Below, piece after piece: positions 1 to 21,211 of a DNA stretch of 64,000 bases. Each line of letters starts with the position of its first letter. The first letter of the stretch is position 1. The notes below the pieces were generated by a model, which was given only the letters and a program-made list of their open reading frames with translations, was not told where the DNA came from and ran no database searches. The DNA is from Macrostomum lignano (Eukaryota): positions 62,001-126,000 of the forward strand of contig NIVC01002498.1 of NCBI GenBank assembly GCA_002269645.1, in the 5' to 3' direction. The translations under genes and the position numbers were made by a program.

Positions 1-250
1 TGCGAGTTTGTCTGCTTCATCAGCTCAACCCAGCCAGTTGGTCTGTGCTCGTTGTAGATCTGAAAAAATGATATCGGCTTCTGAACAGTTTTCATTTCAC
101 TTCCAACGTAGTCTACCGGGTTCCCAGGGGCAGAGCAGCCCAGAGGTTTAAACACCTCAAACCCCGCGCCCATCTCCTACACCTACATCCCACATCCAAC
201 AACCCGCATCCCATACCCCACAACCCATCTACCAGCCTCAAGCCCCTCAC

Positions 251-7565
<7,315 letters not shown>

Positions 7566-8222
7566 CTGGATTTTGAGGTGGAGATAAAGGCTGATTTTCA
7601 GGGCTTATTGAAAATAGGGATTTTGTACGAGCTATATTACTGGAAAACGTCAATAATCCATAGAAATAAAGACTTTCCGTGACAATATTTGCGTTCTCCG
7701 GGATTTTATTTGGTAATATTCAATAATATCCCGTAAAGTCTTTATGTCTATGGTTTATACGAGATTACACATGCCTTTTTCGGGAGTTATTTTCATAAAT
7801 CCCTCGGGCCTCAGGCCCTCGTGATTTATACAAATAACTCCCTCAAAAGGCATGTTTAATCTGATACATCGTACGTAGCTCATAAGTGTAGACAGTCCCT
7901 CAAGCTCCACGCTGCTTTGACCGAACCTTAGAAGTGTTTTGTCTATGGGCGAAGCGTAAAGAGCCTCTCAAGCTCCACGCTGTTTTGATCGCACCTCAAA
8001 AGTGTTTTTGTCTATGGCCGAAGCGTAGAGAGCCTCACAAGCTCCTCTCTGCTTTGACCGCACCTCAGAGGTGTTTTGTCTATGGGTGAAGCGTACAGGG
8101 CCTCACAAGATTTTTTCTGTATTACCAACACATCAAATGGCAGCTTTATGTCTAGCATTGCAGAAGCGTAGAGAGCCTCCAAAGCTCTTTACCACGCACC
8201 AGACGCAGAAAAATCAACTCAC

Positions 8223-8312
8223 TTCGGGATCAATCTGTGCAGCCAGAGATCTGCGATGGCAGGCGCCGCTTCCGCCGGCACTGTTTCCGCCCCTCGAAGT
8301 GGCCTCCGCCAT
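8223..8312 (-). CDS. Candidate alternative first coding exon of the DPP-like gene (MAEATSRGGNSAGGSGACHRRSLAAQIDPE)
   Basis: ATG at 8312, 30 open codons, phase-0 consensus donor GAA|gtgagt, compatible with the phase-0 acceptor at 7565. Confidence 0.6.
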
Positions 8313-9604
8313 TTTTCCAAATCAAATCTTTCAGCTGCCTGTCCCTCTCTCCTCGACGAAGACAAAAAATGATTCTCGTCGTCAAGACACGAGAAGAAAT
8401 ATCCCATCCTGCGGTCTTTATGATCTCCTCTTCCATCTATTCCGCCTCTCCCCAACTGCTCATTCGCGCCCGCCATCTGGCGCGTCTCATTTTCGAGCTC
8501 GCCTGCCTCTCCTCCCATCGCTTCCTTCCTCTCTCGCTTCTCCCACTGTCAGAGAGGCAGATGGGAGCTTTCGAGATGGAATTGCTGGCCAAGAAGCCAA
8601 AGAGCTTGGCAGAGGAATAAAACCGGGGGTTGCAGGTGAGCAATGTCTGCCCTCCCTGCTGTCACCCCTGCTCCTGCCCGCTGCCAAGATGAGCACAAAG
8701 AGGAACGGCGGCAAAATAGAAGGGATGCCACCTGATGCCGGCTGGAAGACAGCTACAGGAGCTGCTGCACTTCTGCTACTATAAGAAGATTGTTATCAGA
8801 CTGGGGATGGTCGCGTAGTGTTGCTTCGTGCCAAATTTCTGGGAATTGTTGACTCTCGGCTTATCAGTCAATTCGGTGTTCTTCCTGGGGTCGCTGGCAG
8901 ATGCTGGCAAACATTTGCCGACAGCTGTCACTCGAGCTGTCACTCCGCTGTTGCCTGGCACTCTATTGGGGTATTTCTGTAACTTTCTGCTCAGACCATC
9001 TGCTTGCTTGTCTTTCTGTATTTTTCTTTGCCATTAACTCTTGTCTGTCTCCGCGTGGCTCCCGATAGGTTTCTCTGGTTTCACTCCGTTTTTCACTTCA
9101 TTTTTACTCCGTTTGTCACTCCATTCTCACTCGATTTGTCACTCTTTCTCACAGTTTTTCTTCTCTCCATGCTCGCCCAACCCAACAAGAAATCTGTACT
9201 ATAAATGAGCGGCCCCGATGGGCGGCCTCACTGAGCGGACAGCTCAATACAGAAAGCATGGACCTGAGACAGCAAGTCACAGATCAAGAAAAGCGAAGAT
9301 CCATCGATGGGGTCGAGGATGCGTCACTCGCGTGTCAGGGAGCAGCTCAAGTAACAAGAGCCCATATTGCCGTGCCCCAATGTGCATCAATATTGCCCAG
9401 CGCCTCCGTGTAGAAGGCAAAAACTTATATCGATTTTGCCAAAACCCTCCCTGAGAATTTCAACTGAACCAAAAAATCCCTGCCCACACTCTGAGTGGTC
9501 AAGAAGTTTAACAGCATTCGATTTGGCTGCGTTGAGCATACTACTGATTTGAGTAGGCAGCGGGTGCATTCTGGGAGTGCATTCGAAGGGAACGACAAAA
9601 CATT

Positions 9605-10336
9605 GATCAGGTGGCACCAAATTGATCAGGTGGCACCAAATTGATCAGGTGGGGCCAAATTGATCAGGTGGAGCCAAATTGATCAGGTGGCACCAAATTG
9701 ATCAGGTGGGGCCAAATTGATCAGGTGGGGCCGAATTGATCAGGTGGGGCCAAATTGATCAGGTGGGGCCAAATTGATCAGGTGGGCCAAATTGATCAGG
9801 TGGGGCCAAATTGATCAGGTGGGGCCAAATTGATCAGGTGGGGCCAAATTGATCAGGTGGGGCCAAATTGATCAGGTGGGGCCAAATTGATCAGGTGGGG
9901 CCAAATTGATCAGGTGGGGCCAAATTGATCAGGTGGGGCCAAATTGATCAGGTGGGGCCAAATTGATCAGGTGGGGCCAAATTGATCAGGTGGGGCCAAA
10001 TTGATCAGGTGGGGCCAAATTGATCAGGTGGGGCCAAATTGATCAGGTGGGGCCAAATTGATCAGGTGGGGCCAAATTGATCAGGTGGGGCCAAATTGAT
10101 CAGGTGGGGCCAAATTGATCAGGTGGGGCCAAATTGATCAGGTGGGGCCAAATTGATCAGGTGGGGCCAAATTGATCAGGTGGGGCCAAATTGATCAGGT
10201 GGGGCCAAATTGATCAGGTGGGGCCAAATTGATCAGGTGGGGCCAAATTGATCAGGTGGGGCCAAATTGATCAGGTGGGGCCAAATTGATCAGGTGGGGC
10301 CAAATTGATCAGGTGGGGCCAAATTGATCAGGTGGG
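9605..10336. repeat. 19-bp minisatellite (CAAATTGATCAGGTGGGGC)n
   Basis: ~38 copies. Confidence 0.97.
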
Positions 10337-10929
10337 CTAGATTACGCAGACACGCTGATAAGCCGCTCACGAGATTCCCTAAGCTACAAAAATCTGCAGC
10401 ATCCACCTACCTCATCCGCAGTTGCATAAGCCGATTCCATGAAGCCAACTCCGAAATGACAGAACAGAGCGAGCAAGCACCGGATTTCCAATCACAGCGT
10501 GCCTTCACTTTTAAGGGCCAAATTTTACAATACCTGTCTCTCACTGCCTGTCCTGAACTACTCGCAAGCCGTTTCGGGTGGGAAAGCCTTCAGCCAATCA
10601 GCTCTCAGTTTGAAAATGGGGCCGTTAAGCGAACTGTTTTGTTAAAATACCAACTTGTCAAGCCCGGGATGAAAAATTGCTGACGGAGCAGCGCTGAAGG
10701 CGGATTAGCGAGAATCCGGGGGGGGGATGAGATTGACAAGACGGTGGTGTGACGCTGGCAGCTGCATCAGCTTAAAACCATAAATGCATCTGATATAAGA
10801 TCCTGTGAAATAACTCTGAGCTCCCTATGAGATCCCCGAGAATCCCCCCGAGATTGCTATGAGATCACTTTGGAATCTCTACTAGATAACTGAGAGTCCA
10901 TGAGTTTCAACCCGAGATCCTATGAGATC

Positions 10930-11250
10930 TCAGTGACCCCATTACAGCTATTCCTTGAGAATCTAAGTGAGACCTAATTGAGAATCTAAATGAGATATAA
11001 TCTTAAGAATCTAAGTATGAGCTAATTAAGAATCCAATCGAGGACTAATGAGATCTAATTAAGAATCTAAATGAGACCTAATTAAGAATCTAAGTGAGAT
11101 CTAATTGAGAATCTAAATGAGATCTAATTAAGAATCTAAGTGAGAGCTAATTAAAGAATCTAAGTGAGATCTAATTAAAAATCCAAGTGAAATCTAATTA
11201 AGAATCTGAGTGAGACCTAATTAAGAATCTAAGTGAGACCTAATTGAGAA
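10930..11250. repeat. Degenerate ~22-bp AT-rich repeat (GAGATCTAATTAAGAATCTAAGT)
   Basis: Imperfect copies. Confidence 0.8.
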
Positions 11251-11784
11251 GGCCAGTGCTATCTCCAGCGCTTAGTCCCCAATCGCATATGAATCGGTGA
11301 GGGATTAATCAACATAGGAGTAAGCTGGCTTAAGAAGCTGAGAAAGGCATAGAAAGTGCTCAAAGCGCTGGAGAATCTGTGTCCCATTCAATTAGCCGAG
11401 CGACTGCCTTCCGGGGCTGGAGATGGGAGAGGAAAAGGGAGGCCCCGGAGCTGCCTCATCTGGCCCCGCCTTTCCCAATATCCTGCCTCTGTACGATGCG
11501 AGCTCTCTGTGCTCCGTGGTGAGGGGTTCTCAGGCGCTGAGCACTCCGGGGTTTCCGCACGACCGGCCGGGCTGCTCGAGAGATTCGGCCGGGTTTCCTT
11601 TGTAAGCCGGGGAAGTTCCCTTTAGTCCCGAGTTCGAATCGACTCCCCAAAAATTAGGGGACGAACTGCGACAGTTGAGGTTAGTCGTTAATCCTTCGCT
11701 GATTTCAGGCATTTAAATCCTTCTGAACTCACTTGTTTTAGCGCTGTAAATCGTTAATCCTTCGTATGTACTGTACTGTATCGG

Positions 11785-13655
11785 ATTGTAGCCTAGTGGG
11801 GGTTGTAGCCTAGTAGGGGTTGCAGCCTAGTGGGGGTTGCAGCCTAGTGGGGGTTGTAGCCTAATGGGGGGTTGTAGCCTAGTGGGGGTTGCAGCCTAGT
11901 GGGGGTTGTAGCCTAGTGGGGGTTTTAGCCTAGTGGGGGTTGTAGCCTAGTAGGGGTAGCAGACTAGTGGGGGTTGTAGCTTAGTGGGGGTTGTAGCCTA
12001 GTGGTGTTTGTAGTCTAGTGGGGGTTGTAGCCTAGTGGGGGTTGTAGCCTAGTGGGGGTTGTAGCCTAGTGGGGGTTGTAGCCTAGTGGGGGTTATAGCC
12101 TAGTGGGGGGTTGCAGCCTAGTGGGGGTTGTAGCCTAGTGGGGGTTGCAGCCTAGTGGGGGTTGTAGCCTAGTGGGGGTTTTAGCCTAGTGGGGGTTGTA
12201 GCCTAGTGGGGGTTGTACGAGTAGCCTAGTGGGGGTTGCAGCCTAGTGGGGGTTGCAGCTTAGTGGGGGGTTGTAGCCTAATGGGGGTTGTAGCCTAATG
12301 GGGGTTGTAGCCTAGTGGGGGTTGTAGCCTAGTGGGGGTTGTAGCCTAGTGGGGGTTGTAGCCTAGTGGGGGTTGTAGCCTAGTGGGGGTTGTAGCCTAG
12401 TGGGGGTTGCAGCCTAGTGGGGGGTTGCAGCCTAGTGGGGGTTGTAGCCTAGTGGGGGTTGCAGCCTAGTGGGGGTTGTAGCCTAGTGGGGGTTTTAGCC
12501 TAGTGGGGTTGTAGCCTAGTGGGGGTTGTACGAGTAGCCTAGTGGGGGTTGCAGCCTAGTGGGGGTTGCAGCTTAGTGGGGGGTTGTAGCCTAGTGGGGG
12601 GTTGTAGCCTAATGGGGGGTTGTAGCCTAGTGGGGGTTGCAGCCTAGTGGTGGTTATAGCCTAGTGGGGGTTTTAGCCTAGTGGGGGTTGTAGCCTAGTG
12701 GGGTTGCAGCCTAGTGGGGGTTGTAGCCTAGTGGGGGGTTGCAGCCTAGTGGGGGTTGTAGCCTAGTGGGGGTTGCAGCCTAGTGGGGGTTGTAGCCTAG
12801 TGGGGGTTTTAGCCTAGTGGGGGTTGTAGACTAGTGGGGGTTGTACGAGTAGCCTAGTGGGGGTTGCAGCCTAGTGGGGGTTGTAGCCTAGTGGGGGTTG
12901 CAGCCTAGTGGGGGTTGTAGCCTAGTGGGGGTTGTAGCCTAGTGGGGGTTGTACGAGTAGCCTAGTGGGGGTTGCAGCCTAGTGGGGGTTGTAGCCTAGT
13001 GGGGGTTGCAGCCTAGTGGGGGTTGTAGCCTAATGGGGGGTTGTAGCCTAGTGGGGGTTGTAGCCTAGTGGGGGTTGTAGCCTAGTGGGGGTTGTAGCCT
13101 AGTGGGGGTTGTAGCCTAGTGGGGGTTATAGCCTAGTGGGGGTTTTAGCCTAGTGGGGGTTGCAGCCTAGTGGGGTTTGTACGAGTAGCCTAGTGGGGGT
13201 TGCAGCCTAGTGGTGGTTATAGCCTAGTGGGGGTTGTAGCCTAGTGGGGGTTGTAGCCTAGTGGGGGTTGTAGCCTAGTGGGGGTTGTAGCCTAGTGGGG
13301 GTTGCAGACTAGTGGGGGTTGCAGACTAGTGGGGGTTGTAGCCTAGTGGGGGTTGTAGCCTAGTGGGGGTTGTAGCCTAGTGGGGGTTTTAGCCTAGTGG
13401 GGGTTGCAGCCTAGTGGGGGTTGTACGAGTAGCCTAGTGGGGGTTGCAGCCTAGTGGGGGTTGCAGCTTAGTGGGGGTTGTAGCCTAGTGGGGGTTGTAG
13501 CCTAGTGGGGGGTTGTAGCCTAGTGGGGCGTTGTAGCCTAGTGGGGGGTTGTAGCCTAGTGGGGGGTTGTAGCCTAGTGGGGCGTTGTAGCCTAGTGGGG
13601 GTTGTAGCCTAATGGGGGGTTGTAGCCTAATGGGGGGTTGTATCCTAGTGGGGGG
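11785..13655. repeat. 17-bp minisatellite (GTAGCCTAGTGGGGGTT)n
   Basis: ~105 variable copies. Confidence 0.97.
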
Positions 13656-13970
13656 ACTATTGGGGGCCCCACTCCGATGTTAAAGCGTCGAACTCTCGAC
13701 TTGATGGTCGGGGTTCGATTCCAGATCCCACTGAAACAAGTTATGTGCTTGAGTAAGACACTTAAATCTGCATCGCTTCAGTTCACCCAGCTGTAAAATG
13801 GGTGCCAGCATTAGCTGGGGTAATTGAGGGTGTGTGGCGACCCTCCAGTCCTTGGACTGAACAGCCGTACGCAGCCTTCAGATGCGCCGCGCAATAGCTG
13901 CGGCTGAGCTGTCGGTTGCACATCTGGCTCATTTGGGGCAGGTGTAATCCTATTATATTATTTATTATCA
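13655..13970 (+). mobile_element. tRNA-derived SINE with CORE/Meta-like central domain
   Basis: B-box GGTTCGATTCC at ~13712, a central segment CTTGAGTAAGACACTTA...TTCACCCAGCTGTAAAATGGGT resembling conserved SINE core domains, and an (ATT)-rich tail TATTATATTATTTATTAT. Confidence 0.65.
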
Positions 13971-13974
13971 TGCA

Positions 13975-14462
13975 CTGTAAGTACTGTATGTACTGTATTT
14001 ACTGTATGTACTGTATGTAACTGTATGTAACTGTATGTACTGTATGTACTGCATGTACTGTATGTACTGTATGTACTATATGTACTATATGTACTGTATG
14101 TGATGTATGTACTGTATGTACTGTATGTAACTGTATGTAACTGTATGTAACTGTATGTACTGCATGTACTGTATGTACTGTATGTACTGTATGTACTGTA
14201 TGTAACTGTATGTAACTGTATGTAACTGTATGTAACTGTATGTAACTGTATGTAACTGTATGTACTGCATGTACTGTATGTACTGTATGTACTGCATGTA
14301 CTGTATGTACTGTATGTACTGTATGTACTATATGTACTGTATGTAACTGTATGTAACTGTATGTACTGTATGTAACTGTATGTACTGTATGTACTATATG
14401 TACTGTATGTAACTGTATGTAACTATATGTACTGTATGTGATGTATGTACTGTATGTACTGC
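13975..14462. repeat. 9/10-bp repeat (CTGTATGTA/CTGTATGTAA)n
   Basis: Seen directly; follows the SINE tail. Confidence 0.95.
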
Positions 14463-14869
14463 ATAAGCATGTCGCCTATCCAGTGAAATCTTTTCTTATT
14501 TTTATACAATCCGATTGCCTCACCAGAAATGCTCCCTCCATACGGCTACTTCAAGTAGAATGAGTAGCTTAACAGGTATTTTATTTAACAAAAAGATTTC
14601 CTTATTCCCAGAATACTTTCAGCTCGATGTCCCAGCTGTTAAATAATTTATTGCGCAAACTCGAATTTTGAACGGAGATCAAGCGAGTCAAATTCGAAAT
14701 GCAGCAGGATCCTGTCTGGTCTCCGGTCTGAGCTCCCCGAGGATTTGCGGGGTCAATATGCTTTGTAGGAGAAAATCCCATCAATAAACTCTGCTGCGAA
14801 CTCGGAGCAAACTAACTGGGCTGGATCGATTTTCTAACCGTGATTGGGTGAGTGACAGATGAGATTGAG

Positions 14870-15817
14870 GCATTGATAAACACACTAGAGATTGATAAAC
14901 ACACTAGAGATTGATAAACACACTAGAGATTGATAAACACACTAGAGATTGATAAACACACTAGAGATTGATAAACACACTAGAGATTGATAAACACACT
15001 AGAGATTGATAAACACACTAGAGATTGATAAACACACTAGAGATTGATAAACACACTAGAGATTGATAAACACACTAGAGATTGATAAACACACTAGAGA
15101 TTGATAAACACACTAGAGATTGATAAACACTCTAGAGATTGATAAACACTCTAGAGATTGATAAACACACTAGAGATTGATAAACACACTAGAGATTGAT
15201 AAACACTCTAGAGATTGATAAACACTCTAGAGATTGATAAGCACACTAGAGATTGATAAACACACTAGAGATTGATAAACACACTAGAGATTGATAAACA
15301 CACTAGAGATTGATAAACACACTAGAGATTGATAAACACACTAGAGATTGATAAACACACTAGAGATTGATAAACACACTAGAGATTGATAAACACACTA
15401 GAGATTGATAAACACACTAGAGATTGATAAACACACTAGAGATTGATAAACACACTAGAGATTGATAAACACACTAGAGATTGATAAACACACTAGAGAT
15501 TGATAAACACACTAGAGATTGATAAACACACTAGAGATTGATAAACACACTAGAGATTGATAAACACACTAGAGATTGATAAACACACTAGAGATTGATA
15601 AACACACTAGAGATTGATAAACACACTAGAGATTGATAAACACACTAGAGATTGATAAACACACTAGAGATTGATAAACACACTAGAGATTGATAAACAC
15701 ACTAGAGATTGATAAACACACTAGAGATTGATAAACACACTAGAGATTGATAAACACACTAGAGATTGATAAACACACTAGAGATTGATAAACACACTAG
15801 AGATTGATAAACACACA
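14870..15817. repeat. 19-bp minisatellite (GAGATTGATAAACACACTA)n
   Basis: ~50 copies. Confidence 0.97.
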
Positions 15818-16189
15818 AGACGCATCCAATTTCCAGAGTCAGTTAATGGCTGATTTTACAGCTCTGGCCGCAGTTGCAATTTGATTTAAAGCTCAGTGGG
15901 GGGGGGGCAAGCCGGAGCTGAAGACTGAGTGAGGCAGGCCATGGGGGCCGATGTTAGTGCTCATATCTCATGGCTGCCATAGCTGGGAGTGAATGGGAGG
16001 AGCAGAGCTCGAGATTGAGCAGCATCTCCCACCTCGGCCTCGGGGAATCCCAAGCGGGCTGGTGCTAAAAAACATCTCGGCAAATTTCGCCCCTTTGACT
16101 CCGGCCGCCCTGCCTGCCCTCTGCTCGCGGAATTCTTGAAATATTTTCGTCTCTGCTCTCGATTTTATGAGTTTTCGACCGCAGCTTTG

Positions 16190-16829
16190 CACAGAGGCGC
16201 CAGCACCAGAGGCGCCAGCACCAGAGGCGCCAGCACCAGAGGCGCCAGCACCAGAGGCGCCAGCACCAGAGGCGCCAGCACCAGAGGCGCCAGCACCAGA
16301 GGCGCCAGCACCAGAGGCGCCAGCACCAGAGGCGCCAGCACCAGAGGCGCCAGCACCAGAGGCGCCAGCACCAGAGGCGCCAGCACCAGAGGCGCCAGCA
16401 CCAGAGGCGCCAGCACCAGAGGCGCCAGCACCAGAGGCGCCAGCACCAGAGGCGCCAGCACCAGAGGCGCCAGCACCAGAGGCGCCAGCACCAGAGGCGC
16501 CAGCACCAGAGGCGCCAGCACCAGAGGCGCCAGCACCAGAGGCGCCAGCACCAGAGGCGCCAGCACCAGAGGCGCCAGCACCAGAGGCGCCAGCACCAGA
16601 GGCGCCAGCACCAGAGGCGCCAGCACCAGAGGCGCCAGCACCAGAGGCGCCAGCACCAGAGGCGCCAGCACCAGAGGCGCCAGCACCAGAGGCGCCAGCA
16701 CCAGAGGCGCCAGCACCAGAGGCGCCAGCACCAGAGGCGCCAGCACCAGAGGCGCCAGCACCAGAGGCGCCAGCACCAGAGGCGCCAGCACCAGAGGCGC
16801 CAGCACCAGAGGCGCCAGCACCAGAGGCT
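16190..16829. repeat. 15-bp minisatellite (CAGAGGCGCCAGCAC)n
   Basis: ~42 perfect copies. Confidence 0.97.
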
Positions 16830-18192
16830 CCAGGAGTTGCAGAAATTTCACTAATGCTGTAATTGGCTCACACCTGGACACCTACATACGCGTGGGGCGA
16901 TGTTTCTCGCAGTTTCCAGCTAGTGGCAACAAATTATCTTAGAAAAGAGCATGCTTAGGCCAATCAAATTCTGCTCATAACTTGCCCTAAACTGGCTTTT
17001 TAGGCTGATATAAAAGCTACGAATTATAATCCAATAAGTACAAGTGCATTTCTAGGAAAGTCCATAAATTGTCGTGTAGCGATCGAGGACAACCTGAGTC
17101 GGCCAGGCCGGGACTTGTAGGACAATGAAATCCGAGTGGCATTGATAAGGGGATACAGAAATGGGGGAGAGGAAGCGCGGAGGACCGGGTCCCAACAGCT
17201 GCTACAGAAGCCTCTCTTGCCTCACTGTCCGAGACTCTTCCGCTGTTCCATTGCTGAGCACACGGCAATCAATTCCCCCGATCCCCAATTCCGACTCCCA
17301 ATTCGAAAGCCATTTCTGAGCAGCCCTGACCAGCAGCTCAGGACCTGGCGGTGTTCGCGGACAAGCATTTAAAAGGCTTTAATAAAACCCCGCTGCCACT
17401 TCAGGCGGGTCCCCGAAGCAGTTTCTCCAAATTTTAGGCGCCAATTTCTGAACTCATATTCGCCTGCGACAGACGGGATCGAGAGACGGTTGGAGGGCGG
17501 TTGGCAGAGAAGAGAAATTTTCACGACAAACTTCTTCCGCCGCAAAAATTGTCGATAGCAACAACTTTATTTGCCCGACAGCGGTTGCCGGGGAAATAAA
17601 AAAATAGAGACAGAGTTAGAGAGATTTCTCGGCAAACGAAGGAAGCGAACCAGAGAGAGAGAGAGAGAGACTGCAGCCACCGCCTGCTCCATCAATTCTT
17701 AATCAGCTCACTGCGAACTGCAACTCCGATCCCCCTGGAACCGGGCAGTTTCAGCCCGAACTCCCCAGGGGGAGCGCCGGGATTCCACTTTGAACTTTGA
17801 GGCCGCGCCACTCGAGAAATTCGCGGGCTATCGGGGAGAGGCCGGACTCGAGTCCCAGCGGCTGAGCTGTCTGCCAGTGAAAATGTTATTTACGATACAT
17901 ATCGGCTAACTGGCTTGCGTGCACGAAAGTTATCCGGTTGGGTTGAGGTGTGACTCACAGCCATGAGGGCATGTCTGAGTGCAGTATTGGTGCGCTTGTG
18001 TGCTCGGAGTCAGCGGAATGAGCAGCTTGAAGGACTTAAGATTGCAGATTTTCCTCAGCATTGCCTCCCCAGTTCGCTTTGACAGGCTGGGCCTAAATAT
18101 TGCACCTGCCTGTTAGTTGCTTTTGGGTGCTTCCTAAATTTGGTTTGCTTAAATATTTGTTGACTTGCCTCTCAGGTACTCTGTCCTCATCA

Positions 18193-19065
18193 TATCTATT
18201 CTCACCCAATTTATTCTCACCATAGCCATTCTCACCTAATCTATTCTCACCCTATCTATTCTCACCATATCCATTCTCACCCAACCTATTCTCACCATAT
18301 CCATTCTCACCCAATCTATTCTCACCCAATCTATTCTCACCAAATCCATTCTCACCCAATCTATTCTCACCCAATCTATTCTCACCATATCTATTCTCAC
18401 CATATCTATTCTCACCCAATCTATTCTCACCCAATCTATTCTCACCAAATCCATTCTCACCCAATCTATTCTCACCCAATCTATTCTCACCATATCTACT
18501 CCCACCCAACCTTATTCTCACCATATCTATTCTCACCTAATCTATTCTCACCATATCCATTCTCACCCAATCTATTCTCACCCTATCTACTCCCACCCAA
18601 TCTATTCTCACCCTATCTACTCCCACCCAATCTATTCTCACCCAATCTATTCTCACCCAATCTATTCTCACCCAATCTATTCTCACCCAATCTATTCTCA
18701 CCCAATCTATTCTCACCATATCTACTCCCACCCAATCTATTCTCATCATATCCATTCTCACCCAACCTATTCTCACCCAATCTATTCTCACCCAATCTAT
18801 TCTCACCCTATCTACTCCCATTCAACCTATTCTCACCCTATCTACTCCCACCCAATCTATTCTCACCATATCCATTCTCACCCAACCTATTCTCACCATA
18901 TCTACTCCCACCCAATCTATTCTCACCATATCCATTCTCACCCAACCTATTCTCACCATATCTACTCCCACCCAATCTATTCTCATCATATCTATTCTCA
19001 CCCAACCTATTCTCACCATATCTACTCCCACCCAACCTATTCTCACCATATCTACTCTCACCCGA
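18193..19065. repeat. 15-bp degenerate minisatellite (CTATTCTCACCCAAT)n
   Basis: Seen directly in the sequence. Confidence 0.95.
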
Positions 19066-19166
19066 GTGTCGGTAGGATTTTGAGTCTACCTTTTGGTCCT
19101 TTCCCTCCTCTCTCATGGCCATAGCCAGTTTCTACACGCCATCAGCGACCCCCTCCGCAGCCTCAC

Positions 19167-19361
19167 CTCCAGGTTGTCGAACATGGTGTCCACATTTTCA
19201 GTCCGTCGATTCCATCGAACTCCCCGAACTCCGCCGCCTCCGCCGCTGCCTCCTCCGCCGCCGCCGGCTCCGCTGCCGAGCTGACGACCTTCCGAGAGGT
19301 GCTGGTGGTGGTGGTGGCCCAGCTGCTGGCCGCCAACCACCGTGGCTCGGGTTGCAAACAT
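19167..19361 (-). CDS. Candidate alternative first coding exon of the DPP-like gene (MFATRATVVGGQQLGHHHH...DTMFDNLE)
   Basis: ATG at 19361, 65 open codons (His/Gly-rich), phase-0 donor GAG|gtgagg. Confidence 0.6.
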
Positions 19362-19924
19362 TGTGCCCGTCTGCCTGCCCACTGCCTGCCGTCACCGCAA
19401 GCGGCAGTTTGCCATTTTTGTCCGCCCTGCCTGCCCTCCACTTGTCCGCAGCCACCCCCCCCCCGATTCCGCAATCCAATCCTCATGCACTCGCCTCACA
19501 GCCTGGCCATTTTTTCAACTCTGCAGCATAAATTTCTATCATAAAATTCTTTTCTTGCCTACTAATAGTAGCTGAAAATCCACATGGAAATGTTTTTCAA
19601 GAATAACGAATGGCGCTGTAAGGACTGGAGGGATTAGAAATATTCGCAGAGTGCACACCTGGGCATTCTTCACTCTTTTAATTCCCTCTGAGCACAGTTT
19701 ATCTTCCCCTGATCCCACAGGGCCGGACATTGGTTATAATTGAAATTCCGGATAGCAGAGAGAACTGAAATCTGTAGCGATAGGCAAACAGGGGGTGAGG
19801 AGGGGAGCGGCTCTGAGAGTTGCAAAACGGCCCCGAGAAATGCTGCTCTGCTTTGTCTGACCTGATGAATTAGAAAAACGGCTGAGTGCCTTTCGAATAC
19901 TTGAATAAAGATTTCAATTTAATC

Positions 19925-20625
19925 ATCTATGCCTGTCTATCTCTGCCTATGCCTGTCTATCTCTGTCTATCCCTGTCTATCCCCGTCTATCCCTGTCTAT
20001 CCCTGTCTATCCCTGTCTATCCCTGTCTATCCCTGTCTATCCCTGTCTATCCCCGTCTATCCCTGTCTATCCCTGTCTATCCCTGTCTATCCCTGTATAT
20101 CCCTGTCTATCCCTGTCTATCCCTGTCTATCCCTGTCTATCCCTGTCTATCCCTGTCTATCCCTGTCTATCCCTGTCTATCCCTGTCTATCCCTGTCTAT
20201 CCCTGTCTATCCCTGTTTATCCCTGTCTATCCCTGTCTATCCCTGTCTATCCCTGTCTATCCCTGTCTATCCCTGTCTATCCCTGTCTATCCCTGTCTAT
20301 CCCTGTCTATCCCTGTCTATCCCTGTCTATCCCTGTATATCCCTGTCTATCCCTGTCTATCCCTGTATATCCCTGTCTATCCCTGTCTATCCCTGTCTAT
20401 ACCTGTATATCCCTGTCTATCCCTGTCTATCCCTGTCTATCCCTGTCTATCTCTGTCTATCTCTGTCTATCTCTGTCTATCTCTGTCTATCTCTGTCTAT
20501 CTCTGTCTATCTCTGTCTATCTCTGTCTATCCCTGTCTATCCCTGTCTATCCCTGTCTATCCCTGTCTATCCGTGTCTATCCCTGTCTATCCCTGTCTAT
20601 CCCTGTCTATTCCAGTTTATCTCAG
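19925..20625. repeat. 10-bp repeat (CCCTGTCTAT)n
   Basis: Seen directly in the sequence. Confidence 0.97.
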
Positions 20626-21211
20626 TTTACCCTTTTTTATCTCATTAAATGCCAGTTTATCTCATTACAGTTGAACTCAGTTGCAATGCGAGAAAGGCAG
20701 ATGGCAGACTACAGGATCATATCTGCAGCGGAGCAGCTGAGTCTGCTACTCAGACTTATCTGAGGAACTTTATTTATCCCCATTTGAGATCTGAGGCGCA
20801 GATCTGGGACAAGCTCTGCCGCTTGCCCCACTCAATAAATTAGCTGGCTTTGACAGCGGGCTGCCCCAGCAACCACCGGTCTTAGCTGGGACCGATTTCG
20901 CACCTTCAAGCCGAGCTTATCATGAATAAACTGCATTAAGAGAGAATTTCAGACTCGTGCTAGAAAATTGATCCGGGGCTTGGCTTGGTTCCACGCAAAC
21001 TCGTGAGAGCAAAACTTCAAGGCTCATTGTGCGTCTTTCACCGATGAGAAAGCCGGGGCCGCTGTACACCCTCTGTGAGCGTGAGCCTGTGGACAGCACC
21101 AATGTGGGTGCTCAGGGGTCAGCGAAATGAGATGGGCATGGCTGCTTGGCTCTTTGCTGGCTGCGGGCCCACTGTCGACCTCCTTGACTTGCGGCAGCGC
21201 CCGAAGCCTTT

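Noticed and set aside
13690-13730. tRNA gene
   Set aside because: Only a B-box and degenerate stem; it continues into a SINE body rather than a full cloverleaf.
16136-16942. ORFs (GASTR/EAPAP/LAPLV)n
   Set aside because: Perfect 15-bp repeat without third-position variation or splice support.
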